64,000 nucleotides of DNA from Gemmatimonadota bacterium (GTDB lineage: Bacteria; Gemmatimonadota; Gemmatimonadetes; Palauibacterales; Palauibacteraceae). Every line of letters begins with the position of its first letter. The stretch's first letter is position 1. The notes under the pieces were generated by a model. The model worked only from the letters and a program-made list of their open reading frames with translations. It was not told the origin of the DNA and ran no database searches. The position numbers and the translations under genes are program-made. Below, piece after piece: positions 1 through 10,251 of the stretch. Location of the stretch: contig JBATJK010000179.1 in the NCBI GenBank assembly GCA_049668445.1, forward strand, positions 10,567-74,566, in the 5' to 3' direction.

Positions 1-232
1 CTATTTCGTCAGCCGGTACGGAGAGTGGATTCTCCTTCGGCCGCAGGCGAGGGGCATCAATCTCCTGGTTTACGGGTTGCCCCTGGTGGTGCTGGTGCTC
101 GGTTTCTTCGTGGCGCGAAATCGTCTGAGGAAGTGGGCCAGCGCCGGGAATGAAGCTGCCATGCCGGACGGGCCCGCCGCTCTGGGGGCCGAGGATGAAC
201 AATGGCTGCGCGAGGCGATTCGCGAGAGCTGA
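1..232 (+). CDS. 3' end of an upstream membrane-protein gene (partial; C-terminus ...LVVLVLGFFVARNRLRKW...EDEQWLREAIRES*)
   Basis: Open frame from the window edge to TGA at 230-232; hydrophobic segment followed by a charged tail. No family recognised. Confidence 0.3.
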   Translation, partial: YFVSRYGEWILLRPQARGINLLVYGLPLVVLVLGFFVARNRLRKWASAGNEAAMPDGPAALGAEDEQWLREAIRES

Positions 233-288
233 GGGTTGACGGAACCTGACAGACATTCAGTGTAGTACTGGGGCTTGCGGGCGAACGG

Positions 289-1227
289 GTGTCGCCCTCG
301 TGTGAGAAGCGCCGTTGTACAGCCAGAGATTCGGAGCCTATGAACGCTGCCGCTAGAAAGCAGATCTTCTTCGACGCGCGAGCGCTCGATTCGTTCGACC
401 AGTACCTGCAGGATGTCGAGCGTTATCCGCTGATCGAAGATCCAATGGAAGAACGAGAGATCGCACGCCGGGCGCGTGCCGGGGACCGTGCCGCTGCGGA
501 GCGGCTGGTCACGGCCAACCTGCGGTTCGTGATCTCGTACGTGAAGAAGTACCAGGGACGAGGCCTCAACCTGGCCGAGCTCGTGTGCATCGGGAACGAA
601 GGCCTTCTAAAGGCCGTGAAGAAGTTCGATCCCGACAAGGGGGTAAAGTTCATCTCCTACGCCGTGTGGTGGATTCGACAGACCGTGCTGCAGGCACTGG
701 CCGAGCAGACACGTTCGGTGCGGATTCCGCTGAACCAGAATTCGAACCTGGTCAAGCTGTCGCGCACGGAGACGGCCCTCACGCAGAAGCTCGGCCGGTC
801 ACCGACCGATCGTGAGATCGCGGAGGAGATGAAGGAGCCGGTCGAGACGGTGCGCGCACTGCGTCGCGTGGCCTCGGCGGAGCTCAGTCTCGACGCGCCG
901 CTCGACAAGTCGGACCGCGACAGCGCTTCATTCGGAGAGCGGTTCTCGGGCGCGGACGAGGGGGACATCGAGATCGACGTCGAGGCCCAGGCCCGGCGCG
1001 AGTTCCTGGAAAAGATGTTCGAGAGCTATCTCACCGAGCGGGAGAGGAAGATTCTCGTCCTGTATTACGGACTGGACGACGGCGAGGAGATGACGCTCGA
1101 GCAGATCGGCGAGCTCCTGGGCGTCACCCGCGAGCGTATCCGGCAGATCCGAAACCGCGCCTTCGACAAGCTTCGGGGGTCGGAGCACGGCGACGCGCTG
1201 GAAGGATTCTGGCGAGCCAGCGCCTGA
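289..1227 (+). CDS. RNA polymerase sigma factor, sigma-70 family (RpoD/RpoS-like, regions 1.2-4 present)
   Basis: Region 2 motifs (NLRFVISYVKKYQ...GLNLAELVCIGNEGLLKAVKKFDPDKGVKFISYAVWWIRQ), region 3 and a region 4 HTH (TLEQIGELLGVTRERIRQIRNRA). True start may be the internal Met at 340. Confidence 0.85.
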   Translation: MSPSCEKRRCTARDSEPMNAAARKQIFFDARALDSFDQYLQDVERYPLIEDPMEEREIARRARAGDRAAAERLVTANLRFVISYVKKYQGRGLNLAELVCIGNEGLLKAVKKFDPDKGVKFISYAVWWIRQTVLQALAEQTRSVRIPLNQNSNLVKLSRTETALTQKLGRSPTDREIAEEMKEPVETVRALRRVASAELSLDAPLDKSDRDSASFGERFSGADEGDIEIDVEAQARREFLEKMFESYLTERERKILVLYYGLDDGEEMTLEQIGELLGVTRERIRQIRNRAFDKLRGSEHGDALEGFWRASA

Positions 1228-1261
1228 TCGCCGGCGAAGCCAGCGCCTGTGGAGCAACGAA

Positions 1262-1290
1262 GAAGGGGCGGCCGGTTGGCCGCCCCTTCG
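1262..1290. terminator. GC-rich hairpin (GAAGGGGCGGCC-ggtt-GGCCGCCCCTTC) between convergent sigma-factor and VKOR genes
   Basis: Perfect 12-bp stem with a 4-nt loop immediately after the VKOR stop (1292); a T-rich run follows on the minus strand (TTCTTCGTT). Confidence 0.5.
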
Positions 1291-1291
1291 C

Positions 1292-1738
1292 TCATCCGTC
1301 AGCTGCTGACTGTGACCCTCGAAGCACTCTCCATGGCCGAGCCAGCACGAAGAGGATCACGGTGAGGACGGCGCTGATCACGCACCACATGCAAACGGCG
1401 TGCAGTACGAACAGCTCGATCCCGGTCAGGTAGGCGGAAAACAGGAGCCCCCCGGTGACCGCCAGGGCCAGCAGGACGTCCAGCCATCGCCTTCCGTAAG
1501 CCGGGCCAAGGCCGAGGAACGCCAGCACCAGCACGCCTGCGTACCACAGGGTGCCCCACAGCGGCACCGGCTGGCCTAGAAACCGGGCGTACTTCGAGGC
1601 CTGGACCGTCTCACACGAACCCGCACCGCACAGCAGGGACCCGTAGAAGCCCATCTGATACAGCAGCAGGTAGACCGCCACGAACAGGCCGACCAGGCCG
1701 ACCAGGACGATTCCGCGCAACCGCGTGTCGCAGGACAT
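1292..1738 (-). CDS. Vitamin K epoxide reductase (VKOR) family membrane protein
   Basis: Four to five TM helices, a loop Cys pair (CGAGSC) and the active-site CMWC (CxxC) motif in a TM helix; a DsbA gene lies immediately upstream on the same strand. Confidence 0.8.
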   Translation of the reverse strand: MSCDTRLRGIVLVGLVGLFVAVYLLLYQMGFYGSLLCGAGSCETVQASKYARFLGQPVPLWGTLWYAGVLVLAFLGLGPAYGRRWLDVLLALAVTGGLLFSAYLTGIELFVLHAVCMWCVISAVLTVILFVLARPWRVLRGSQSAADG

Positions 1739-1754
1739 CGACCGAAACCGCGGC

Positions 1755-2465
1755 CTACTCGCCGTCTGCTACGATCGCCTTGATCCGCTCTTCCATCGCC
1801 CCGTAGCCATAGTCACCACCCGTGAGCCGGTACGGCTCTCCATTAAAGAAGATGCTCGGGGTGGAACTGATTCCGAGGGACTCGCCGTACGTCCTGGCTG
1901 CCTGCACGGCGGCAGCCGTCTCCTGGCCGTCCACGCAGCTCTTGAAAGAACCCGCGTCGAGACCGAGGTCCCTGGCGTAGTCCACGAACTTCCGGTTGGG
2001 GTTGCCGCCCCCGCTCCAACTCTCCACCCGGGCGAACAGGAGGTCCTTCATTTCGAAGTACTTTCCCTGCCGCTTCGCGCACTGGGCCGCGATCGCGGGA
2101 GCCCAGGACTCCGGCCACAGGGGGAAGTCGAACGAGATCCACCGCAGGGAGCCTGAACTGGCGTAGTTCTGCCGGAGCAGCTTTCCGCTCAGGCCGTTGA
2201 ACGTCCGGCAATGCGGACACAGGAAGTCCGAGAACTCCATGATCACCACCGGCGCATCCTCGGCGCCCATCGCCGTGCCTGAGGACATATCAGCGGCGAT
2301 ATCCCCTCCCGCCAGCGAAATGGGCGTCAACTCCGGGGCCTCGTTGGACCCGCCCGCGTTCATCAGAAGAACACCACCCACGACGACAACGGCGGCGATC
2401 AGGATGAAGAAACCCTTGCCACCCTTAGCTTTTGCCTTGGCCAAGAAACACTCCTTGTCGAGCAC
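1755..2465 (-). CDS. DsbA-family thiol:disulfide oxidoreductase (membrane-anchored, thioredoxin fold)
   Basis: N-terminal TM helix and thioredoxin active site FSDFLCPHCRTF (CPHC); forms a dsbA-vkor pair with the downstream gene. Confidence 0.8.
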   Translation of the reverse strand: MLDKECFLAKAKAKGGKGFFILIAAVVVVGGVLLMNAGGSNEAPELTPISLAGGDIAADMSSGTAMGAEDAPVVIMEFSDFLCPHCRTFNGLSGKLLRQNYASSGSLRWISFDFPLWPESWAPAIAAQCAKRQGKYFEMKDLLFARVESWSGGGNPNRKFVDYARDLGLDAGSFKSCVDGQETAAAVQAARTYGESLGISSTPSIFFNGEPYRLTGGDYGYGAMEERIKAIVADGE

Positions 2466-2669
2466 CGACTATGACGACTATGATCGGCCCCGGCCATTTG
2501 CGCCGGAAGCCCGCAACCTCGGCCGCACAAGATAACACGGCCGGCGTTTCGCGCGACCTCCGCACGACGTGTGGGCCGCATCCGCGGGAACGAACCATCT
2601 TCTCGTGGGTGAAACGCGGTGTAGACGAGCGCTCATGACTGACAAATACCCACCAGGACCGGTTCATTA

Positions 2670-3578
2670 ATGGGGTTCTTGATATCGAATCGCGTCGTTC
2701 CCGTTTGGTGCGGCGCCTTGATTCTGGCAGCAACGGCATGCGGAGACTCGGATGACGGCGGGAGTACCGATCCCGGCGCCCGCGGAGATTTTGCCGTCGT
2801 TACGGTCACCACGGGCGTAGAGTTCGACACCGACCGGTACGAGATCCGGGTCAACGACATCTTCGCGTCGCTCATCGATGTCAACGACAGCGTGATCTTC
2901 ACCAGCCGCGCGGTCGACACTTACTCGGTCGAGCTGGCCGAGGTCGCGCCGAATTGCGCCGTGAGCGGTGACAATCCTCGACCCGTCCAGGTCACCGCAA
3001 ACACCCAGACCGCTACCACCTTCGAGGTGACCTGCTTCGTCACCGCGGGCGTTCTCCAGGTGGTGACCGCCACGAGTGGAGAAAACCCGGACGACGCCTA
3101 CACGCTGGCGGTGGACGGCCTGGATGCCGGAGTGATGGGAGCCAACGACACGGCTCGCACGGCGGATCTCCAGACCGGAGAACACACCGTGCGGCTGGGA
3201 GACATCGCCCTGAATTGCCGCCTCATCGGGGACCCCGAACGAACAGTCTTCGTGCCGAGCGAGGACATGATCGAAACGAAGTACGAAGTGGTGTGCACCG
3301 ACCAGGTCGGCAACTTGAGGCTCGTCACCTCCACCACCGGGCTGTTTCCTGACGCGGACGGGTACGAGATCGTCATCGAGTCCGGAAGTCCGATCACGAT
3401 GCGGAATACGGAAGTGAAGACCGTGGGTTCGGTCGCGGCCGGAGTGACCCAGGTACGGCTGCTCGAATCGAGCGTGGCTGACAACTGTACGCTGCAGGGA
3501 GAGAATCCCCGAACGCTCGACGTACCGGCCGGTGGACTGATAGACACGCTGTTCGAGGTGACCTGCGTAGTTCCCTGA
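2670..3578 (+). CDS. Secreted lipoprotein with three tandem ~90-aa repeats (hypothetical)
   Basis: Lipobox LILAATACG; three repeat units each with a conserved NC...(E/Y)V(T/V)C cysteine pair (FEVTCFVTAG / YEVVCTDQ / FEVTCVVP). Confidence 0.6.
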   Translation: MGFLISNRVVPVWCGALILAATACGDSDDGGSTDPGARGDFAVVTVTTGVEFDTDRYEIRVNDIFASLIDVNDSVIFTSRAVDTYSVELAEVAPNCAVSGDNPRPVQVTANTQTATTFEVTCFVTAGVLQVVTATSGENPDDAYTLAVDGLDAGVMGANDTARTADLQTGEHTVRLGDIALNCRLIGDPERTVFVPSEDMIETKYEVVCTDQVGNLRLVTSTTGLFPDADGYEIVIESGSPITMRNTEVKTVGSVAAGVTQVRLLESSVADNCTLQGENPRTLDVPAGGLIDTLFEVTCVVP

Positions 3579-3599
3579 GAAGCGGACTCCCGGGCGGGC

Positions 3600-5012
3600 T
3601 CAGCGCGCCAGGACGAAGACGAGCACGGCTGCGAGCAGCAGCGTAATCGCGGCGAGGGCCGCCAGTTGGACCCATTCCGGAATCCGGGGCTTGGCCATCC
3701 GTCCTACGAGGGTCAGGCGCACGAGCAGGTCCGTCGACCACGCGCGTTCGATCTCCTCGACCATCTCGCGCCACGCCCCCTCGTAACCCCTGTCCAGGCG
3801 AACCATCGCGGCTCGCCATTCCTCCGCCGCATCGTGCATCTCCGAATCGTCCTGGTCCGGGTGCCCGGCTTCCAGCTCCGCGATCCGGCGCCGGAGTTCG
3901 GCTTCCTGGTCCCCCTGGTCGCCAAACCTCTCCCACAGCCTGTCGAACGGATCCTGCATGCGCTCGAGGAGGAAGGTCTTCCCGGCTTCACCGAGAGTCA
4001 GGTCCCGGTCACCCGTGATGTCGACGCCCCGGGAGGCTGCCACGCGTTCGAGTTCGCTCGCGTAGACGTCCGCCATCCGGTTCGCCGCGGTAGCCACGGC
4101 TGCCCGCGTGTCCTCCTGGAGACCGCCGGAGTTCATGGCGTCGATTGCCCTCTCGAGACTGTACGCCCCCCCGGCGGCTGACTTCCGCAGCAGAAGCGGT
4201 CCGAGCGCAATCTCTCCCAGTTCCTGGAAGTGGGTCTCGAAGAAGTACTCCCGCATCCCGACCTTGGCCTGCAACTCGCCCGGGACGTTCGCGGCCGCAC
4301 GTTCCGCCACCTCCTGCAGGGAGCCGGCGGCCAGGGAGAAGGGCGGTAGCCCCGCCTGCGGCGGCGGCGAGACCTCACCCCGGCTGAACAGTTCCAGGGG
4401 ACGGCCCTCGCTGCCCTCCGGTGGCTGCTGCGAAGCGGCGTAGAGCACCGCCCCGAGCTCTTCGGCGAACAGGTACCGGATGGTAAGTGAGGTGTCGGGC
4501 TTTCCGATGACCAGGTAGTCGTCGTCGCGCTCGTCCGTGTCCGTCTTCTTCGCCGGCCGGCGGCTGGCTGCCCTGGCCGGCCACGAAACGGTCAACTGGC
4601 GGTCGCGCGACAACAGGTAGAGCGCCCGACGGGTTACCGCAGCGACGTGTAGACCTCCGACCTTCTCACCGTCGATCGTACCCGAGGCCGCGCAGCCGGC
4701 CGTGAAGAGCACGACCTCGTGGCCGAGCAGCTTGACGATTCGGCGCCGAAGCTCGGTCAGGTCCACCCGTTCAATGAGGAGGTCGTAGAGCTGGTCGAGT
4801 TCCTGGGGCGTGCCCTTGATCGCCAGGGTGGCACGACCCGCGAACAGAAGCAGCATCCCCTTGCGGCGCGATACCCAGAACACCTCGCCGTACGGCACCA
4901 TCAGCTCGTCGCACAGAAGCGCGACGCCGGCGATCGTCACGCGGGCGCCCCGGCGGACTCCGCTGCCGTCAATGAACACGTCCGTTCTCAGCGACTGACT
5001 ATTCATCGGCAA
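3600..5012 (-). CDS. Hypothetical C-terminally membrane-anchored protein (duplicated PH/GRAM-like N-terminal segments, charged middle, C-terminal TM helix)
   Basis: Long ORF with a coding-like codon pattern and a C-terminal TM (WVQLAALAAITLLLAAVLVFVLAR); overlaps the HAD gene start by 14 nt, suggesting operon coupling. Confidence 0.5.
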   Translation of the reverse strand: MPMNSQSLRTDVFIDGSGVRRGARVTIAGVALLCDELMVPYGEVFWVSRRKGMLLLFAGRATLAIKGTPQELDQLYDLLIERVDLTELRRRIVKLLGHEVVLFTAGCAASGTIDGEKVGGLHVAAVTRRALYLLSRDRQLTVSWPARAASRRPAKKTDTDERDDDYLVIGKPDTSLTIRYLFAEELGAVLYAASQQPPEGSEGRPLELFSRGEVSPPPQAGLPPFSLAAGSLQEVAERAAANVPGELQAKVGMREYFFETHFQELGEIALGPLLLRKSAAGGAYSLERAIDAMNSGGLQEDTRAAVATAANRMADVYASELERVAASRGVDITGDRDLTLGEAGKTFLLERMQDPFDRLWERFGDQGDQEAELRRRIAELEAGHPDQDDSEMHDAAEEWRAAMVRLDRGYEGAWREMVEEIERAWSTDLLVRLTLVGRMAKPRIPEWVQLAALAAITLLLAAVLVFVLAR

Positions 5013-5691
5013 GCATCCGCACCACTCGAGATGTGTCGCTCAGGTTCTCGAACACGGCATCGGGCCCGTGCTCCCGCAGTTCCTCGACGGAGTGGCGCCC
5101 TGTCGAGACTGCCAGTGCCCTGGCCCCGTTGGCCCGCGCACACCGGATGTCCTCTGGCGTATCCCCCACGACGACCGCCGCCTGCATGTCGAACAGACGG
5201 CCGTACCGCCGCTGCGCTCTCTCTCGCGCCAGTGGAGGCAGATCCTCTCTCCACTCGGAATCCGATCCGTAGGCCCCGAAGCCGAACCGACCGGCCAGAC
5301 CCGCGGCTTCCAGCTTTCGCCGCGCGCCACCCTCCATATTACCGGTGACGAGCCCCTGCGCGAACCTCCCGTCTCCCTCGATCGCGTCGAGGAGCTCGAT
5401 CACGCCCGGAATGGGGCGAACCTGCCCATCCCGCTGCGCCAGTTCCCGATCCAGTTCCGACAGGTAGGATACCCACGTGGCTTCGAACCCCGCCTCAATC
5501 TCGGCATCCGGCCAGTTCACCGCTCGCAGGAGTCCGCGCACGATGGCCGGGTCCGTTCGGCCGTGGAAGTCGAACGAGGCGATGGGTCCGGTCTCCCCAT
5601 AGACCGCGATCATGGCGAGCTCGAGCGCCGCTTTCCCGGCCCCAAGCGAGTTTACCAGGGTGCCATCGATGTCGAACAGTACGAGGCGCAC
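4999..5691 (-). CDS. HAD-superfamily hydrolase (phosphoglycolate phosphatase-like)
   Basis: HAD motif I MRLVLFDIDGTLVNS; motif IV VVVGDTPEDI. Confidence 0.8.
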   Translation of the reverse strand: MRLVLFDIDGTLVNSLGAGKAALELAMIAVYGETGPIASFDFHGRTDPAIVRGLLRAVNWPDAEIEAGFEATWVSYLSELDRELAQRDGQVRPIPGVIELLDAIEGDGRFAQGLVTGNMEGGARRKLEAAGLAGRFGFGAYGSDSEWREDLPPLARERAQRRYGRLFDMQAAVVVGDTPEDIRCARANGARALAVSTGRHSVEELREHGPDAVFENLSDTSRVVRMLADE

Positions 5692-5694
5692 CGA

Positions 5695-6441
5695 TCACTC
5701 CCCCGGGTGGTGCGACGAGGCACGTCGCACTTCCTGGCCGAACACCTCGAACAGCCTGCGGTTCGTGCCGGTGGTTTCCTCGATCTTCCGCTCCGGATGC
5801 CACTGTACGCCGCAGGTCCAGGCGGCCCCTTCGGCCCTGTACTCCACGGCCTCGACCAACCCGTCCGGGGCCCACGCCACCGCGGTCAGTTCCGGAGACA
5901 GGTCCCGGATCCCCTGGTGATGGGCCGAATTCTGTACGAACTCCTCTACTTCGAACACCTGCGCCAGGAGGAGAGGCGCCTCCGAGCGAATGGAGTGGAT
6001 GTGACCATCGAACTCACGATAGCGATCGTGGTCGATATCCTGTCCACGCTGCGTGAAGAGGTCCTGGAACAGAGTGCCGCCGAGAGCCACGTTCAGAATC
6101 TGGATCCCACGGCAGATCGCGAGAACCGGAATGCGGCGCTCCAGGGCCTGCTCCAGGAGGAGCAACTCCATGGCGTCGCGCTCGGGAGACACGGTACGGG
6201 TCCCCTCCGGCGCCTGGCCGTAGCGAGCTGGATCGACGTCCTCCCCGCCCGTCAGCAGCAACCCGGCTGCCAGGTCGAACATGCGCTCACGCGTATCCTG
6301 GTCGTCGAGGGGAGAGAACACCAGCGGAAGACCGCGAGCCACGCGCACGGCCTGAAGGTATCCCGCTTCCAGCACGACCCGGGGCATGCCGATGTCGCTG
6401 TCCCGGACGGGGGCGGTGACCGCAATGAGAGGGTCGCTCAC
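5695..6441 (-). CDS. Class I glutamine amidotransferase-like hydrolase (gamma-glutamyl-GABA hydrolase/PuuD, peptidase C26 family)
   Basis: Motifs LLLTGGEDVDP, AICRGIQILNVALGG (catalytic Cys) and WHPE. Probable GTG start at 6441 overlapping the TGA of the upstream threonine dehydratase (GTGA), giving an N-terminus VSDPLIAVTAP typical of this family. Confidence 0.75.
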   Translation of the reverse strand: MSDPLIAVTAPVRDSDIGMPRVVLEAGYLQAVRVARGLPLVFSPLDDQDTRERMFDLAAGLLLTGGEDVDPARYGQAPEGTRTVSPERDAMELLLLEQALERRIPVLAICRGIQILNVALGGTLFQDLFTQRGQDIDHDRYREFDGHIHSIRSEAPLLLAQVFEVEEFVQNSAHHQGIRDLSPELTAVAWAPDGLVEAVEYRAEGAAWTCGVQWHPERKIEETTGTNRRLFEVFGQEVRRASSHHPGE

Positions 6442-7484
6442 TCCGAGGTCCCATCGCCCGGCGCAGCGCCGGAGGGGTCCGCGAGCCACGCGCGCAGAAT
6501 GGACGGGTCCAGGTTGCCGCCAGACAGGACCGCGACGGTGGCCCCGTCGCTTGCCGGCTTCACCTTCCCGGACGCCAGCGCCGCGATCGTAGCCGCACCG
6601 CTCGGCTCGACGAGAATTCGCTGGCCCAGGCACCACAAGACGGCCGCGCGGATCGATGCGTCGTCTACGGTGACCACCTGGTCGACAAGGTCACGTGTGT
6701 GCTCGAAGGTCAGGTCGCCCGGGCGAACGGGCTTCAGTCCGTCCGCGATCGTATCCACGCTCTCCAGCGTGATCGGATGGCCGGCCTCGAGCGAGCGCGT
6801 CATCTTGGGCGCCCCTTCCGGTTCCACCCCGATGACACTGGCCCCGGGCTCGAGCGCCCGAATCGCGGCCGCCACCCCCGAGAGAAGACCACCCCCGCCG
6901 ATCGGCACGAGCACCCTCGACGCCCTGACTTCCTCGCCCCGCCGCTGCGAGGCCTCACGAAGCTGCTCGACGATCTCGAGGCCCGCGGTGCCCTGCCCCG
7001 CGATGATGTCGCGATGGTCGAAGGGAGGCACCATGGTTCCACCGATCTCGGCGAGAAGCTCCTCGGCCCGCGCCTTTCGCTCGGTCGTCGTGGTGCCGGC
7101 CATCTCGAGGCGTGCACCCAGTCTCCGGACCGCCGCGACCTTGATCCCCGGAGCGTCCACCGGCATCACCACCAGCGCCGGGATACCGAACGCGCGAGCG
7201 GCATAGGCGACCCCCTGTGCGTGATTCCCGGACGAGTAGGTCACGACTCCGGCCTGCCGCACTTCGGGAGGGATCGAAGAAATGAGGTTGTAGGCGCCCC
7301 GGAGCTTGAAGGCCCCGGCGAACTGGAGGCACTCGCACTTCAACCACAGGTCCTGCGCGTCTCCCGGAACCGCCCCCGCGGACCGGTCCACCGGGAGAAG
7401 GGGCGTTCGGCGGATGGCGCCGCGAATTCTGTCCGCCGCGGAACGAATCTCGTCCAGGGTCACCAGGCCGGTGCTCGCAGGCAT
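6438..7484 (-). CDS. Threonine/serine dehydratase (PLP-dependent, catabolic type; no ACT domain)
   Basis: PLP-lysine region CECLQFAGAFKLRGA; SGNHAQGVAYAA and glycine-rich PIGGGGL motifs. 348 aa. Confidence 0.85.
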   Translation of the reverse strand: MPASTGLVTLDEIRSAADRIRGAIRRTPLLPVDRSAGAVPGDAQDLWLKCECLQFAGAFKLRGAYNLISSIPPEVRQAGVVTYSSGNHAQGVAYAARAFGIPALVVMPVDAPGIKVAAVRRLGARLEMAGTTTTERKARAEELLAEIGGTMVPPFDHRDIIAGQGTAGLEIVEQLREASQRRGEEVRASRVLVPIGGGGLLSGVAAAIRALEPGASVIGVEPEGAPKMTRSLEAGHPITLESVDTIADGLKPVRPGDLTFEHTRDLVDQVVTVDDASIRAAVLWCLGQRILVEPSGAATIAALASGKVKPASDGATVAVLSGGNLDPSILRAWLADPSGAAPGDGTSE

Positions 7485-7490
7485 GGAGCT

Positions 7491-10022
7491 CTACTCCCCC
7501 GTTTCGGGTGTCTCCCCGGCTTCTTCCGTGGCTCCATCCTCCAGGACGGCGACCTCCTCGGTATCCGCATCGTCCGCCTCGCCCACGTCCAGGTCAGCCG
7601 CGACCTTGGCGATGTCCATCAGCTCGTCACCCTCGTCCAGCGCGATGATGCGCACTCCCTGGGTGGCCCGGCCGATCACTCGGATCTGTGACGCCGGCTG
7701 TCGATTGATCACTCCGCCCCGGGTCACAAGCATCAATTCGTCATCGTCGGTGACCTCGCGCACCCCCACCACGTCCCCGGTCTTCTCGCTCAGGCGGAAG
7801 TTGATCAATCCCGTTCCACCGCGGCGCTGCACGCGGTAGTCCTCGACCTTCGTCCGCTTACCCCCGCCACGGCTTGTAACCGTGAGCAGGCTCGATCCTT
7901 CCTGGACCACGACGGCTCCCACCACTTCGTCGCCGGCCCGCAGGCGAATCCCACGCACTCCCCGAGTCGCTCGACCCATTTCACGCGCATCGCCTTCGTT
8001 GAACCGGATGGCCATGCCCTTGCGAGTGGCGAGAATCAGGTCGTTCCCCCCATCCGTGAGCCGCGCGTCGATCAAACGGTCGCCTTCGTCGATGTTGATC
8101 GCGTTGATCCCCTTCACCCTCACGTGCCGGTATGCGGCCAGGCTCGTCTTCTTCACCTGCCCGCTCCGGGTCGTGAACAGCACGTAGCGATCGGGATCGA
8201 ATTCACGCACTCGAAGGATGGAAGCGATCTTCTCGTCCTTCGAGATGTCGAGGAGGTTCACCACGGGTTTGCCGCGGGAGGTACGGGAGGCGAGAGGAAT
8301 CTCGTGCACCTTGAGCCAGTAGACCTGGCCCCGCGCCGTGAACACGCACAGATAGTCGTGCGTCGAGGCGAGGAACAGGTGCTCGACCCAGTCCTCCTCC
8401 TTGGTGTCCATCCCGGCGATTCCCCGGCCACCACGGCGCTGCTGGCGATACGTCGCCGGAGCGATCCGCTTGATGTAACCCTGGTGAGTGATCGTGATCA
8501 CCATCGGCTCGTCGGCGATCAGGTCTTCGGGGTTGAAGCTGATCTCAGCGTCGATGATCTGCGAACGCCGATCGTCGCCAAAGCGGGCCGCGAGCTCGAC
8601 CAGCTCTTCACGAATGACCTCCATCCGGGAGTCCCGTGACGCCATGAGAGCTTCGAGTTCCTCGATCGTGGCCCGTACCTCGGCCAGTTCCTCCTCGAGC
8701 TTCTCGATCTCCAATCCCGTGAGACGCGACAGCCGCATCGCGAGAATGGCCTCCGCCTGCTTGTCGCTCAGCCCGAAGCGTTCCTTCAGGTTGGAGGCCG
8801 CTTCCTCGGTGTTCTTGGATGCCCGGATGATGCGCACGACTTCGTCGATGTTGTCTACGGCGATCTTCAGGCCCTCGAGGATGTGCTCGCGTTCGCGCGC
8901 CACCCGCAGGCTGAATTCGGTACGCCGGACCACCACCGTGTGCCGATGCTCGATGAAATGGGCGAGGATCGTCTTGAGGTCCATCACCCTGGGCACACCG
9001 CCCACGAGGGCCAGCATGATGACGCCGAACGTGCTCTGCATCTGGGTATGCTTGTACAGCTTGTTCAGCACGATCTCCGGGATGGAGTCACGCTTCAGAT
9101 CGATCACGACCCGGATGCCGTCGCGCGCCGATGACTCGTCCCTCAGGTCCGAGATGTCCTCGATCCGGCGATCCCTGACGAGCTGGGCGATCTGCTCGAC
9201 GAGGCGGGACTTGTTCACCATGAACGGGATTTCCGTGACGATCAGCCGCTCACCACCGCTCGGCCGATCCTCCACGTGGGCCCGGGCACGCATCACCACG
9301 CGGCCCCGTCCCGTGGTGTACGCTTCCCGAATACCCGTCTTCCCGTAGACGAGACCTCCCGTGGGGAAGTCCGGTCCGGGGACGTACTCGAGAAGTTCTT
9401 CGACCGGGGTATCCGGCGCCTCGATCAGGCGTACGCACGCCGCGACGATCTCACGGAGATTGTGGGGCGGAATGTTCGTGGCCATTCCGACCGCGATACC
9501 CGATGAGCCGTTCACCAGAAGGTTGGGCAACTTCGACGGGAGAACGGTCGGCTCCTCGAGCCGATCGTCGAAGTTCGGCGCGAATTCCACCGTCTCCTTG
9601 TCGATGTCGGCCAGCATCTCGGTCGCCAGCGAGGCGAGACGCGCCTCGGTATACCGGTACGCAGCGGCCGCGTCGCCATCGATGGACCCGAAATTTCCCT
9701 GCCCATCCACCAGCGGATAGTGGAGCGAGAACTCCTGCACCATCCGAACGAGCGAGTCGTACACCGCCGAATCGCCGTGCGGGTGGTACTTGCCCAGCAC
9801 GTCACCCACCACGGTCGCGCATTTCTTGTAGGGCCGATTCGGCGACAGGCCGAGCTCGTGCATGGCGTACAGAATCCTGCGGTGCACCGGTTTCAGCCCG
9901 TCTCGCACGTCGGGCAGAGCCCGCTGCACGATCACGCTCATCGAATAGTCGATGAACGACTCCCTCATCTCGTCTTCGAGAAGTCTCTGCTCAACCCGAT
10001 CGGTTCGTTCAGTCGTCTCCAT
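7491..10022 (-). CDS. gyrA: DNA gyrase subunit A
   Basis: Canonical GyrA N-terminus ([42 protein letters not shown]) and GyrA-box/beta-pinwheel C-terminal repeats. Start taken at the internal Met ([30 protein letters not shown]). Confidence 0.97.
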   Translation of the reverse strand: METTERTDRVEQRLLEDEMRESFIDYSMSVIVQRALPDVRDGLKPVHRRILYAMHELGLSPNRPYKKCATVVGDVLGKYHPHGDSAVYDSLVRMVQEFSLHYPLVDGQGNFGSIDGDAAAAYRYTEARLASLATEMLADIDKETVEFAPNFDDRLEEPTVLPSKLPNLLVNGSSGIAVGMATNIPPHNLREIVAACVRLIEAPDTPVEELLEYVPGPDFPTGGLVYGKTGIREAYTTGRGRVVMRARAHVEDRPSGGERLIVTEIPFMVNKSRLVEQIAQLVRDRRIEDISDLRDESSARDGIRVVIDLKRDSIPEIVLNKLYKHTQMQSTFGVIMLALVGGVPRVMDLKTILAHFIEHRHTVVVRRTEFSLRVAREREHILEGLKIAVDNIDEVVRIIRASKNTEEAASNLKERFGLSDKQAEAILAMRLSRLTGLEIEKLEEELAEVRATIEELEALMASRDSRMEVIREELVELAARFGDDRRSQIIDAEISFNPEDLIADEPMVITITHQGYIKRIAPATYRQQRRGGRGIAGMDTKEEDWVEHLFLASTHDYLCVFTARGQVYWLKVHEIPLASRTSRGKPVVNLLDISKDEKIASILRVREFDPDRYVLFTTRSGQVKKTSLAAYRHVRVKGINAINIDEGDRLIDARLTDGGNDLILATRKGMAIRFNEGDAREMGRATRGVRGIRLRAGDEVVGAVVVQEGSSLLTVTSRGGGKRTKVEDYRVQRRGGTGLINFRLSEKTGDVVGVREVTDDDELMLVTRGGVINRQPASQIRVIGRATQGVRIIALDEGDELMDIAKVAADLDVGEADDADTEEVAVLEDGATEEAGETPETGE

Positions 10023-10085
10023 GCGCTCGTCACGGAAGGGTGGTTTTGGCAGCCCTGACGGGGACCCGCGCTCGGCGTGCCACAT

Positions 10086-10251
10086 CGTCGCAGGTACGGC
10101 CGGGCAAGCCCGGCCGCGATCCCTGGCTGACGGCCTCCTGGGGCCGCCTTCGCAATCTCAGAATAACCGGGAAAATATAGCCGTTTGGGGACCCCCGCGC
10201 GACCGTTCGGCTACGATCGCGCAGGGGTCGGATTGAACCGCCGAAGTGGGG
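10086..10251 (-). promoter_or_regulatory. Intergenic region holding a putative terminator for the amidohydrolase operon and the gyrA promoter/5' leader
   Basis: Minus-strand hairpin CCCCTGCGCGA...TCGCGCGGGGG followed by TATATTTT; a second hairpin GGCCGGGcaagCCCGGCC; TATATT as a possible -10. No experimental support. Confidence 0.25.

Noticed and set aside
5068-7206. 712-aa ORF on the plus strand
   Set aside because: Antisense to three well-supported minus-strand genes (HAD hydrolase, GATase, threonine dehydratase). Arg/Pro/Gly-rich low-complexity translation typical of spurious ORFs in high-GC DNA.
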